Of a stretch of 64,000 nucleotides of DNA, positions 52,434 through 64,000 are shown piece by piece; positions within the stretch are counted from its first letter, which is position 1; every line of letters starts with the position of its first letter. The stretch is from the NCBI GenBank assembly GCA_040954595.2, contig CM082584.2, positions 8,509,146 through 8,573,145 of the forward strand. Direction: 5' to 3'. This stretch comes from Balanoglossus misakiensis (lineage: Eukaryota > Animalia > Hemichordata). The notes under the pieces were generated by a model. That model was not told where the DNA came from. It saw nothing but the letters and a program-made list of their open reading frames with translations, and searched no databases. A program made the position numbers and the translations under genes.

Positions 52434-54205
52434 GTGAGTAAGACAGTCGCTTTAGTCTTATAGAAGGCGAATACTGAGGATAATTTACCATGTTCAAGTT
52501 ACATTAGCCTACGCGAGGTGGTTTTAGCAATGTTATGCTAAATCTTGGAATTCTGACTATTTCTTATTTTCCGTATTTTTCTTAATTTTTAAGTGGAGGG
52601 GTTTGCTATTGCTACTATATGGTACCGATTCTGGGTGCGTTTATGAACGATACTAGTTTTGTGTTTTCGCAAGGCGGAATTGATTTGGAAGCCGCGCGTA
52701 TAGCTTTCTAACGCAGTAAATTACGCGAAGGTGCGGCAAAAAAAAAACGCCAGGGCTGCTTTTCAAGTGTCTGGGATCGTGTGTTCAATGAATCGAACGT
52801 TTCATTGACACAACACTGTACGGACAATAGAAAGCGGTGCCGAGTTGAACCAGGCGCGCCGTTAAGACGATAATGGCCGCGGATCCTGCTCTTATTCTTG
52901 CTCGAAGATTCATACGCATTCTCACGGTGACAAGGGAAATCCCCGTCATAAAATAAGCGACAAAGACTCCATTGCAGAAGAGTTCTACTTCTGAAAATTA
53001 CCCTAGCATGCAGTTAAACAAAAATAGGTTTTGCAGATCGACCATTCCGAGTAATTTACTGTACATGATCATTACGGGTAACATTCTGATTTTAGATCAA
53101 GCTTTTTTTGTTTTTATGTTTTTGTGTCAGTTATACAACGACATCGCTTATAAAGTGCAGAATATTGGAAAATGTGATTTAAAGGGTAAGGGACATCGAT
53201 CATGAAACTGGTCAGTGTCGATTAAAATTCAAGCTGACGGTAGTGTGTCTGTATGGGGTGATATTTGCATTTATATTCCGAAAATTGTCGGGAAAAGGCC
53301 CTATAGGGAGTGACGTGTGCATAGACGGTAGAAAGATATCAACATCTTCTCAAAAACTCGTCTGCTAACTAGTGCGCAGAAAGTCCAGGAATAATAGCAA
53401 AGGGTTGCGTGTTCACATAGCCTAAGCTGTCGCTTTTTTTGGCATTGATCCGTTGTATGTATGGCAGTCACGTTATCGACACGGACCAGGGTGAGATCTC
53501 ATGACTGTGCCAGTTCTGGAGAAAGCAAAATATGCCTGTATAGAAACTGAAGGATACTGCAGTATTCACGCCGACCTCGTATATGAAGCTAAAGCGTGTG
53601 ACGTCACACACACGTAGACTGGATACTCGAGCCGCACAGAAAGGAGTTGGTATGCCTGCAGGATAGAGAATAAGACATGCATTTAACGATCAGAAAATAA
53701 GCTTTTGTTCGACAGCAGAATGTCATTCAAGACGTCGCATTACATGTAAGGTATTATGGTGAAAGGAGAAAGTCGATCACACAGGCCTGTTTTGTATCGC
53801 CTCGTGGGAAACGCGTTCCAAACAAACCGCGTACCCATGGCAACAGATAACAACAAAGCGGGGTCGAGGCCTTATATTGGGTTGGCATCCATTTAATTTG
53901 TATACGGAATGCATGTTTTATGCTAGGAATCAAATAAACATGCGGATATTTATAATACGTCAGCAAGATTCCCTCTCGGGAACTGTTGACGCGACGATGT
54001 AACCGATGTTGTTACGTTACCTTGACGACTGCAAAAATAGTCGGTGGTATTATGTATCATAAAATGTTTTTGTATGATCATAGACCCTAGAGAAAGGGTC
54101 TATGGTTACACCTGGCTCTCTTCACGATTTTTAATTCTCTTGACCGCCACTTTCTTTTCAGGTATACAGAAGTAAAGAATTTGAAATAGTGGTATTGCGA
54201 CAACG

Positions 54206-55851
54206 ATGGATTATAAATTGCTGTTCGTCGCCCTTTTCTTAGGTAAATGCTATTTTTTACACACAAGTATACTGTGATGATTATTTTTTTATTTTGTACA
54301 GATTCTGCCGTCAAGTTGGCACGCGAACAATGTGATATGACTTCAATCTATTCATAGACTGTAATCGTATCCTAACACAACTCAGACATAACCGAACCCC
54401 ATTGTATTTCAAAGTTTAAACTAACTGGAAGAGGGAAATTGGCTCTTGACATCATTGCAGCATTTCTTTCGTGATCGTAAAGTTAGACGTCTGAACCTCA
54501 CGCGTTATTCTTTGCAGCCGTTGGTGTCGCCCTTGGCTCGTCTCTCGATGGCTCTACGGACGATGAAAGGGAGGGCGAAGGCTTGGACACCCCCTGCCCT
54601 GAACCCACTGATGATCGACATGGCAGAGACTTGCATTTCAAACGATCATTTGGCAACTGCATGAGACGCGCCATGATGATGCTGAGAAACCGCACTGGCG
54701 ATTGCAGGTAAACGCAGGCCTATGCACACTTATCAATGCAATGAGAATGGACTCAGAATTATGCTGTTTCGAAGCCGGAGAATGCGAAATTCATTGCTGG
54801 TCATCGAGAAGTGTAGGCCCACGCGAATTCCGTTGGATAACCTTGTAGAACCGATACTGTCATTGTAAATGTTGGCCACAATATCAACTGGACAACATAT
54901 ACTAGCCTGAGTGTACGGACGGTAGAATATATAAACGTATTTAGTATGATGTCACTCATTCTTTGGCCGTTGTCTTTCTTGCAGAGAAGCCATGTTTGGA
55001 GTGAAACACTGCATGGGGAGAGACAGAGAGAGGTGCATGTCACAGCACGACGGCACGTCTGGTGGTGGTGGTGGAATGACGGACGAAGAGCGCAGGGGCG
55101 AGATGGAACGCCACCTCAACGACACCGTTGACGAATTCATACCCGTCTTCTGCGACAGAAACTTCACCGTGCTCCCACCGTTCAACAGGCGAAACGACAG
55201 CTTACCCGGATGCGAGCCCGGCTACTTCGCCGAGATCAACAGGTGCTCGGCCGACTTCGAGACGCACTTCCGGGCCGACCCGCTGGACGCCGGACTGTGC
55301 GAGTAAGTCCAAACGTTAGACTCTCTCACAGCCCCTCTCGTCGTCCATGCAGGCTTATGGACTGATTGCATGTGTGACAACACCAAACGGTGCTTCTCCC
55401 TTGCCAAACGGTTGAGGGGGCGTCAGTGAGGAGCCTTGTTGTAGCGAACCGTGGGCTGTGAGAGAGTCTAGTCCAAACGTGCACATGGTTTTTCGTGCGA
55501 GGTCGTTTGCTGTTTTGTCGTTTGCTTTTCGGTGACACCAGACTATCCATTTGACTACCAACAAACTGACAGGTGTATTGTATGTGTCATCTGTCTTGCA
55601 GGAGAAGCCGCAACATGAAGGAGTGTCAGAGAGGAAAACTGCGGGACCACTGCTCTCGCGATTTCGTCACTGAAGAATACTTGGAGCGCACCGAGGAACA
55701 AGACGATGCGGGCAACTTCTACTGCGATTCCGAAGCCTTGGCCTCTGGCGACGATGACGATGTCGATGACGGCGACGCTGCGCCCTCCCTCAGGGCCTCT
55801 CTTGCAGTGGCCTTCCCAATTTCAGTTTTGTTGTTCTTGCGCGCCAATTGA
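54206..55851 (+). CDS. Uncharacterised Cys-rich, probably GPI-anchored surface protein (exons 54206-54242, 54518-54707, 54985-55302, 55602-55851)
   Basis: Spliced signal peptide MDYKLLFVALFL|AVGVALG, two helical Cys modules ending VFC and NFYC, an acidic spacer, and a hydrophobic C-terminus SLAVAFPISVLLFLRAN*. Phases 1, 2, 2 are consistent. Confidence 0.8.
55317..55470. mobile_element. 154-bp MITE with 18-bp TIRs and a 10-bp target-site duplication
   Basis: TAGACTCTCTCACAGCCC and GGGCTGTGAGAGAGTCTA, flanked on both sides by GTCCAAACGT. Confidence 0.88.
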
Positions 55852-57356
55852 GATGGGCCAGTACGGGGAAACCTGGCTTCTCGACTAGAGTGCCTCCGGC
55901 TTTTTGGCTTATTCTGTTAAAATTAGTTTCCCCGCCAAATGTGCGCGCTATTATAGGCCCTTTTTGAATATTTCGTACGTATTTTTTAGTGTAAGTTGGT
56001 TCGCACGAATGTTACAGAAACGAGCAGTTGGCGTAAAGGATGACGGCATGCCTTCAAACAAATTTTGTAAAAAAAAACTCATTCCTTATGAACGAGCTTT
56101 CTGAAAATCCACACACATAATTACATGTATTTCAAATCGAAAAAGAGGAATGCTGATTGGATATAACATTTGTGACGTCATATTATTCTTACGTCATCCT
56201 GTCCGTCAACTGGCCGTCATGTCGTTGTGTGTGATAACAGAACTTTCACTATTGAGAAAGTCAGAAGACCGCGATATCCGAATGAATTTGACTTGCTTCG
56301 TATTCTGTTCGGGGAATGACCGGTGGCTACTTACATTCATGTTCCAATTTTCAGGATTATTTTTTTTTAAATTCACCTTTTTTAAACTCACCTTAAGTTG
56401 TGTTGTTACTCGCTTGATGTTGTTATGTACATACGTAACAAGAAGTCAAAAGTTCAGTATCCAATGACTGTAATCATTTATATTTCTACATTCGAATAAA
56501 CCTGCTAAATAAAGTGTGTCTCTTGTTGTCTTTGCCATGAAAATCACCAATCCTGCTTTCGTCGAGAAACGTCTGGTCCGACCAGCGCACTCTCAAGCTA
56601 GTTAAGGCCGCAGAGAATTCTTCAATTCACGAGCCGTGTTTCCATAAATTCAAGTCTGTAATGAGTACAACAGATACTGTAAACAATAACGAGTCTGAGC
56701 ATGATAACTTATAGTTTAACTGTAGGTGGTACTTCCAGTGATATATCTGCTGCCAAAAAGACAAAAATATGACGATGTCCGCCCATACGGTGTCGTGTAT
56801 CATAGCAATAAATAAGACCAAAGACATGCACTCTGGGCAGCTTTTTTATTTAGCGAAACGCATAATTTATTAGGTTGGAAAACGAACTGTCATACTGGGA
56901 TTACCAAGGTCACATATTACCGTAGTATTTATTTAATATGGTTTATTCACTTTACTGCACCGCAGTGGATAAACACCCAACCACACCATTCATGTCACGG
57001 TTTTTCGAGCTTTTGACATCAACGTCTTAATCTTTTGCTCCTCTTTACGCACTTTACACTATTTCCCGTTAAAATAAATGAAACATCGTCACCGCGCCTT
57101 CTTCGTAATATTTGATTTCATCGTTATGCAAGGTATAAGATCTCTAAGAGATGTTATCAACCACAGAGTATTATATTTGTTGTCTGGTCGCAAACATTTA
57201 GGTTGTCGTTAGGTTTTTTGGAAAATCGCTTGGTCATCGTGACATCATTGCTCGACATGGCGTGAATCATTGTCGTCTTTTTGCTGTCGTCTGTCGTCTG
57301 TTGGATTGTAACGCACCTGTCCTGGCTCCACCGGTAGCAAAGGTTGCGTTTCCAAG

Positions 57357-57380
57357 ATTGCATCAGCTCATCACGTGACC
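57357..57380 (+). promoter_or_regulatory. ATF4/C-EBP amino acid response element next to a CLEAR-type E-box, upstream of the SLC7 gene
   Basis: ATTGCATCA at 57357-57365 and TCACGTGAC at 57371-57379, about 200 bp before the ATG, with a TATA-like TATATTATA near 57400. Confidence 0.5.
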
Positions 57381-57570
57381 TCCGAAGAAAACAAATAGAT
57401 ATATTATATCTTGACCATCTCCCTGCAAACTGTCTAGATACTGGTCCAGAAGTCCAGTGTACGGTTCAGCGCGCGGGTTGAGCACTGATTGAACGGGCAT
57501 TTCGTTTGACAGGGTTAACTAGCTGCTTCCAAAAGTTGCAGTTTTTTTTTCTGCCGATCTCGGCGACAAA

Positions 57571-60500
57571 ATGTCGGTCAACGGGGACGCAAAAATGAAG
57601 GCGAGCGACGGCTTGAGGCATCGCGCTTACCATGAAGTTGACGGCGCGGCGGCGGTGGTGGTCGCGGACGACTCGTCGTCGGAGTTCGCGGTGGCCATGA
57701 AGCGACAGATCGGCCTCTTCCCCAGCATCATGATCATCATGGGTTCGATCATCGGCTCGGGCATTTTCATATCGCCCAAGGGCGTCTTGGAGTACAGCGG
57801 GTCGGTGGGCACCGCGCTGGTCGTGTGGTCCCTGTGCGGCGTCATAGCAACCCTGGGCGGGATGTGCTACGCGGAGCTGGGCTCGTCCATCGGCAAAGGA
57901 GGCGGCGAGTACACGTACTTGAACGAGGCCTTCGGCGAGTTCCTGGCCTTTCTCATGCTCTGGGTCAACTTCATCATCGTGTCGCCAGGCAACACGGCCA
58001 TCATCGCGCAGACCTTCGCCATCTATGCCATAGCGCCGTTTTATCCGGACTGCGACCCTCCGCCATGGGCGGTTACTCTTGTGGCGGAGTCTTGCATCAG
58101 TAAGTGAAGAATTTTTTTCTCATGCAACATCACGCCGTTTCATATCTGGCTTATAATCCGTAAATCAATATTGAACTGCCTCCCTTCAGACGTCTTCTAA
58201 TCCTATACACATAACTTGAATTCGATAAAAATCTGAAATCTCTAATATCACATTGCAAAATCAATCCCATGTTCTTAATCTTGTTTACAAACGTGTTTAC
58301 ACCTTTTAAATATTTAATTGCGACTAAATGGACACCAGCAGTTGTTCGATGAAATGGCAACCCTTTGTCGTAAACCACGACTTCTTTCACGGCAAAAGTT
58401 AGCGACTTTGGCTCGCGAGAATAGTCTGACAACAGTGTGCTTGGACGCGTGCCCCGTTCGTGTAAATTCCAACACAGTTATATTTAAAATATTAACCGGT
58501 GTGTTTTATCGTTGAAGAGATAGGTGTATCAACAACATGACGATGTAACTAAGGAAGCCAATGTTTCCAAAGTACAAGAAATAGAGGAAGTATAGAAATA
58601 CGTCTGCGATGACGGATATAGACGAATTAAATATAATGAAAGTCACTTTCAATTGACCTGTTCTGATCTAGACTTTGCGATATTCCAGAATTTCAGACAA
58701 GCTGTTGACATTACAAGCTCAAATATGCAGTGGCTTTGGGAACACGTATTTCCACTTCTTTTTATTCTAAACCGTCTTTTTCAGTTCTGGTGTATTCTTA
58801 CAACTGTTACAGCGTCAAAGGAGCAACCTGGGTTCAGAACGTCTTCACTGTGGCCAAGGTTATCGGTCTTGCCATCATTATAGGTGCTGGAATAGTTTTC
58901 CTTTGCATGGGTAAGTCTCTACGCACTGTCATATTGGTGCTTGTTCACCAGAGAGCCGAAAAATAAATAACCTTTATCTTGTGCCTGCTTCAGTATCACA
59001 CACGTGATATGACCGACAGGTCGCGGTACCAGTATGCCCTGGAATTTCGATCATAAAGTCATAAACCCACCGTCACAGTGGCGGTTCGGCCTATCAGTGA
59101 GATGATACGGCAACAGGGACGTCTGCCTAACTGGAGGTGATGATTAGACCACGCTGAAGATTAATGTATTTTTTCTGACCTGGTTTTTTAGATCCCGACC
59201 ACCTGATACGCGGAGAGGCCCTGAGATTGATAACTGAGTAAAGTTGTAACGTGACAACTGATATGGCAATACACAATACACTTGTCAATTTTCACCGCTC
59301 AATATATATTATTTATCGCAAATAACGTATTTATTTACGTTATCAAGAACTAGTCATTTGAAGACGTTGTAAATCAAAGCGATGCAAGGGCAGGCGATAC
59401 CATGTCCCAGTTTTTCGTATAAAATGCGACTATGGTACCAGCTTGTTAATTTCATATAAAGACTCTTTCATGGCTGGTACATCTATTAAGTCTTTGTTAC
59501 CATGGCATTTCGTGAAGAATGCCTCAACGGACAGGCGCATTAATGTCTTTAAGTGTTTATTTTAGATTATGGTCAAGTTGTCAACTAACAAACTGAACGG
59601 TACTTCATGCCAGGTCTTTATCAAAAACAAGAAATGCAATCGTGTCTGACACGCATCTGTGATAACGAGGACCAACTTGGAAGGAAAACCCAACCCCTGT
59701 CATGAATGGTTTAGCCCAAGCCCCCCCCCCCTCCAAGACACCTCCATGCCAAGGTGTTCTGAGATAAGCCGTCCATCCACATCATCCCGTTACGTTACAT
59801 TACATTTCCTAGAAACAGTGGCCCTTCCCCTAGTTCCAGGCCTCCCTTACCAATTACCAGTATGTCCAGGCCGCAAGCGTGGCTTTTATTTTACCACTTG
59901 TGCCTGCGCTGCCTCAATACTGTTCGCTTCGTTTATTTGGCAGTTATAGTGATATTAATTGACAACAATACAAATATCCGGACTTTTGGCCCGTCAGTCT
60001 CTTGTGATGCGCCGGACACAAAGTTTTGATAGTAAATTGGGTCACATGAAGTGATGGATTTCGGCCTGCATGATCAATACACGTGATAGGTGGCGTGGTG
60101 GCGGCTGGGTTGTGGCTGGGGTTCACCATTCATTTACATCGTCAGGAAACTATATCAAGACGCATTTCAATAAACACAAATGACGCAGTATTTTAATATT
60201 TTCGCTCATAGGTTACACCGAGTATCTTGAGGACGCTTTTGCCGGGCCTGGGACCAATGTTTTGCGTATATCACTGGCTTTTTACAACGGATTGTTTGCA
60301 TATGTCGGATGGTACGTTTCAAGTCAAAGTACACTATTATTGCATCATTCTTGGTGCCATTCCCCGGTTTACTTTTGAGACTTGCCCCCTTTAAACTTTG
60401 TACATATTAATACACGCATACATACACATACACTGTTGGATGGATGGATTATGAATGGATGAAACAGGTGGATAAATTCTTTTTATTAAACGAGTCCTCT

Positions 60501-62532
60501 ATCTGAATTTATCGCTCTCTTCCAGGGCCAGCATGAACAACATGGCTGAAGAAATTGTAAATCCACACAGGTAATCACTACTTTTTGACACTATTTTAGT
60601 AATTATTTTTAATAATTAATTTGGAAAAATATAGTTACTTTACTGCATTTTCCCCGAACTTACTTTGGTTTTAAGAGAAAATATACAATAATATACATTT
60701 ATTTTTTTTTAATAGAAATTTTCCCATCGCGGCTATTGGGTCAATGACGCTGATAACGGTTATTTACGTTCTCACGAATATTTCTTATTTCACCATTCTG
60801 TCGCCCCAAGAAATGTTGGCATCTAACGCCGTTGCTGTGGTAAGTACTGTCTTTTCTCTGACCTAGTGGTCTGTCTGTCTATCTATATATTTGTCTATCT
60901 GTCTGCCTCTCTGTACGTTGACCACCTTGGACAATACGATGTCAGGTCTAGGTGCTTGATTTTGGAACCGTCTACACTGCTTTATCTTAACGACCTTTAC
61001 CTAATTTGCACAGACCTGGGGAGAGTTGGCACTTGGCAGCGCTGCCTGGTTGATGCCCGTAGCTGTCGCCATGTCAACGTTTGGTGCAGTGAACGGAGCC
61101 GCGTTGGCGAATTCAAGGTTGGTTACCTGGTTTTACTGAAGGTGTTCATGACTAAACTTGTGACTAACTTAGCAGACGTTATAAGAGTTGGCAAAACGTT
61201 GCGCATAACGTTTGTCGGGTAACTGTCGGGTAACTGTCAGAGGTGTCTCCATATAAAGCTTTCCTTCCTTCCTTCCTTCCTTCCTTCCTTCCAGATATGC
61301 CTTCGTTGCCGCAAGGGACGGACTTCTGCCAACTTTGTTCAGTATGATCCACATCGAGTACCTCACTCCGCTGCCCACCCTCATTGTCATGGTGAGTGCG
61401 AATTTCGTGAGAGGGCAGAACACATCTGCAGATGTCCATTAACTTGTGAACGCAGCGAGAAATGATGAACGTGAGAAGATGAGCACAGCACAATCTGATT
61501 AAAATTAGATGTAGAGTTGTCTCGAGCTTTATATTATTTTGCTGTTCAGCTCTCAGGTGGCATGACTGGGAACAAAATAGCAAAGAACCAGCGATTGTAA
61601 AGATCAAGACACGCTTTATTTCTCTCTCCGTCAGATGTTGATAACAGCCACGCTGTGCCTGTACCAGGATACCGGCAGTCTGATCAACTACACCGGGTTT
61701 TCCTATTGGCTGTTCGTCGGCATAGTATCAACCGGATTGGTGTGGTTACGAATCAGAAAACCTAACATAGAGAGGCCTTTCAAGGTTTGTCAGGTTCTAA
61801 GTAGTCTCAGCCGATGGAAAATAGTGGCTCAAACGTCCATAAAAATCCGTTGTTGTTTTTTTACTTTCAAGCAATATATGCTCACTCAGTACTAGATATT
61901 CTTACGGCATGCATGTATGTGCCGTATTGAGAATTGGAATTAGAATTGCCTTGTGTTTGTATAGTTTTGACTACTATTGCGCGACTGTTCTGATGTTCCA
62001 GTTTTTTTAACTCTCCCCTCTCCCATTCTCACTCTCTGCCCCCCCCCCCTCATATATACAGGTACCACTTGTGATACCCATTTTATTCGCTCTTATCTGT
62101 TACACACTGGTCTTTGTATCCATCTTCGCCTCCCCAAAAGAAGCGCTCATCGGAACTATCATTATTCTCACGGCCATACCTGTCTATTTGTACGGCGTCT
62201 TGTGGCGGAATAAGCCGACAAAACTGAGAAATTTCCTCGGTGAGTACGGTGTTTTTTTACGAACGATGGAATGTTTTGATCGAGTTATGAATGGGAGTGT
62301 GTGGCTGGCAGTTTATCCGTGCGACATTTTCGTTTCGATCGGAATTGTCCATAAACGAACGGTCATTTAGCACCTAATGAATGACACCGCATACGAAGAG
62401 TCTATAACGGCAGCCAGTTGGTCCACAGCTCGTTCTAACCCCGCCTCGCTCCCCTTTTCCCTTCCAGACGGTTCTTTAGTCTTTTTCCAGAAATGGTGCT
62501 ACGTGGTATCGCAGGAAGTGGATACGTATTGA
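57571..62532 (+). CDS. SLC7 L-type amino acid transporter light chain (LAT/xCT/y+LAT-like), 10 exons: 57571-58099, 58785-58910, 60212-60311, 60526-60570, 60716-60839, 61014-61117, 61295-61391, 61635-61784, 62062-62239, 62468-62532
   Basis: [26 protein letters not shown], heavy-chain disulfide Cys in [23 protein letters not shown], and C-terminal FFQKWCYVV. Confidence 0.93.
61260..61292. repeat. (TTCC)n microsatellite forming the polypyrimidine tract of SLC7 exon 7
   Basis: About 8 TTCC units directly before the CAG acceptor at 61294. Confidence 0.9.
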
Positions 62533-63479
62533 AGAGGTTTTTTTTGTAACCCGACTACGCCATGAACCTTAACCTTGCAATGGACGCTAGACCACAAGTG
62601 CAACACGTGCACTGTATGTGTTCCGTCACTTTGACTCATCCTTCTGCATCAATGAAAAGAGGCTATGAAACTTCTATAATGTATATTTTTAAAGTGACAT
62701 ATATGTACGTATGTAGTGACCGTGACGAATGGATTCACTAATCACGGTAGACTGAAAGAGCGACGAGAACAAAACTATGAAATAAGATGAGACTTTAAAA
62801 TAAATTCATAAAACAGCCAAGTGTACTGTTCGACAATATTCAGTAAATTACTTACAGGTGGGCCGTGATTAATAAAAAAATGATTGGCGGTGACTATGGC
62901 AATGCCAACACCAACAAAAATGAATAACTACGTCCCTTCAGCTGATTGGTCAGTGCTTAGAAATACTGCCCCTGATTGGACGATGAGAATTATGATGGCC
63001 AATCATGCTAAGGACTAAAATTAGGAATGTATATAAAACTACTGGTGAGTACTGTATTCTCTACCCTGATATGAAAAGTGGGGCGAGCAGATTTATTGAA
63101 TGTGTTTGTCTGCAGTCCTCCAGTTCAAATGATTCGCCTGTTTGTCCTCTACAAAACAGTGTCTCTTATCTGTGAAGTGCTCACACGATTTTACAGGGTT
63201 GCTATGGTTATTATCAAGTCCTGGCTGTATAAAGAATATTGGGGGGTTCACACCGGACTCATTACAGCGGTGTACCATCAGCGCTGGGCCTGGGCCAGGG
63301 CCAGTGTAGATGCTAAGTCGGCCCATATGTTATGCGCAGTAGTGGTAGCCGTAGTATGAAGAAAGGTGGTCTTGGACACCTTTCAATAAAATTCCCCCCT
63401 GCATCACCAGTATTCTGGAGCAGACCCATTGTTCTTCATAGAAAAGCATCGTATTTGATGTGAAATTTTTTTTTCATAA

Positions 63480-64000
63480 TCATCTCCTTTTCGACTGTTC
63501 TTTCCTCTTCTTTTTGCTCTCATCTCTCCTCCTCTTATTGATCGGATTCCTCGGATCATAGATGGCAAACGTGTCTTCGTCCTGTACGTTGGCATCTTTC
63601 ACCTTGGTTTCGTGGCTTTCAAACTGCAAGCGGTGATTCAACCTGAAAAGTATATATACAGTCAGAGGTTGTTAGTCATTCACATATACTAGTATGTACA
63701 TGTGACCAGTACTTGTGAGGAAATTATTCGAGTAATTGCGTTTCAAATAACTACAACTCAGATAGTTACATATTCGTATTTGGTCAATGGAAACAGGTTA
63801 TTTACATAATGCCATTTGCTCTAACCGTACTTGGTTAAATCATTTACATGTTGGGATTTCCCTTAGCCATTATTGGTCAGTGCAGGGGAGACCTCATTTA
63901 CATACCAACTACTGGTGGGAATATCATCTTCATCCTCCTCCTCCGCCTCCTCCTCATCCTCTTCAACTTTTTCTTTCCGCGGTGGCTCCTCGTCTTTCGC
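63480..64000 (-). CDS. CWC27: Spliceosome-associated protein CWC27 homolog, last two exons (64000-63906 partial, 63642-63480)
   Basis: The spliced translation ...SSWLNHRLQFESHETKVKDANVQDEDTFAIYDPRNPINKRRRDESKKKRKEQSKRR* closely resembles the conserved CWC27 C-terminus (W.H.LQFE...VKDA..QD.DTF.IYDPRNP.NKRRR). Confidence 0.9.

Noticed and set aside
54074-54162. Alternative hydrophobic start MIIDPRERVYGYTWLSSRFLILLTATFFS for the GPI gene
   Set aside because: The stretch reads better as a hairpin insertion plus a polypyrimidine acceptor, and MDYKLLFVALFL gives a cleaner signal peptide.

Overview
Intron-rich eukaryotic DNA from a marine invertebrate bilaterian. The gene content and short GT-AG introns suggest a deuterostome such as a hemichordate, but this is inference. 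No rRNA, tRNA or CRISPR features are supported. Manual splicing with reading-frame phase checks gives about 12 genes, in order: the 5' part of a class IA PI3K regulatory subunit (-); a signal peptide-FN3-TM protein (-); a Tctex-type dynein light chain (+); TAF1B (+); an orphan single-pass membrane protein (-); a galactose-3-O-sulfotransferase (+); a hidden protein with a signal peptide and a C-terminal RDEL (-); a JHAMT-like methyltransferase (+); a 27-exon DEG/ENaC channel (-); a GPI-anchored Cys-rich protein (+); an SLC7 light-chain amino acid transporter (+); and the 3' end of CWC27 (-). There are also two solo LTRs and several non-autonomous DNA transposons or MITEs. The standout is the DEG/ENaC gene at 37125-50273. 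It splices in one continuous frame into signal peptide-FN3-8xEGF-extra TM helix-cytoplasmic linker-HG motif-TM1-4xLDLa-ShKT-LDLa-ENaC ectodomain-TM2, which is a three-pass receptor-channel chimera. The extra cysteines in its EGF array follow a pattern that predicts inter-domain disulfide locks. All gene models are read by eye and need RNA-seq confirmation.
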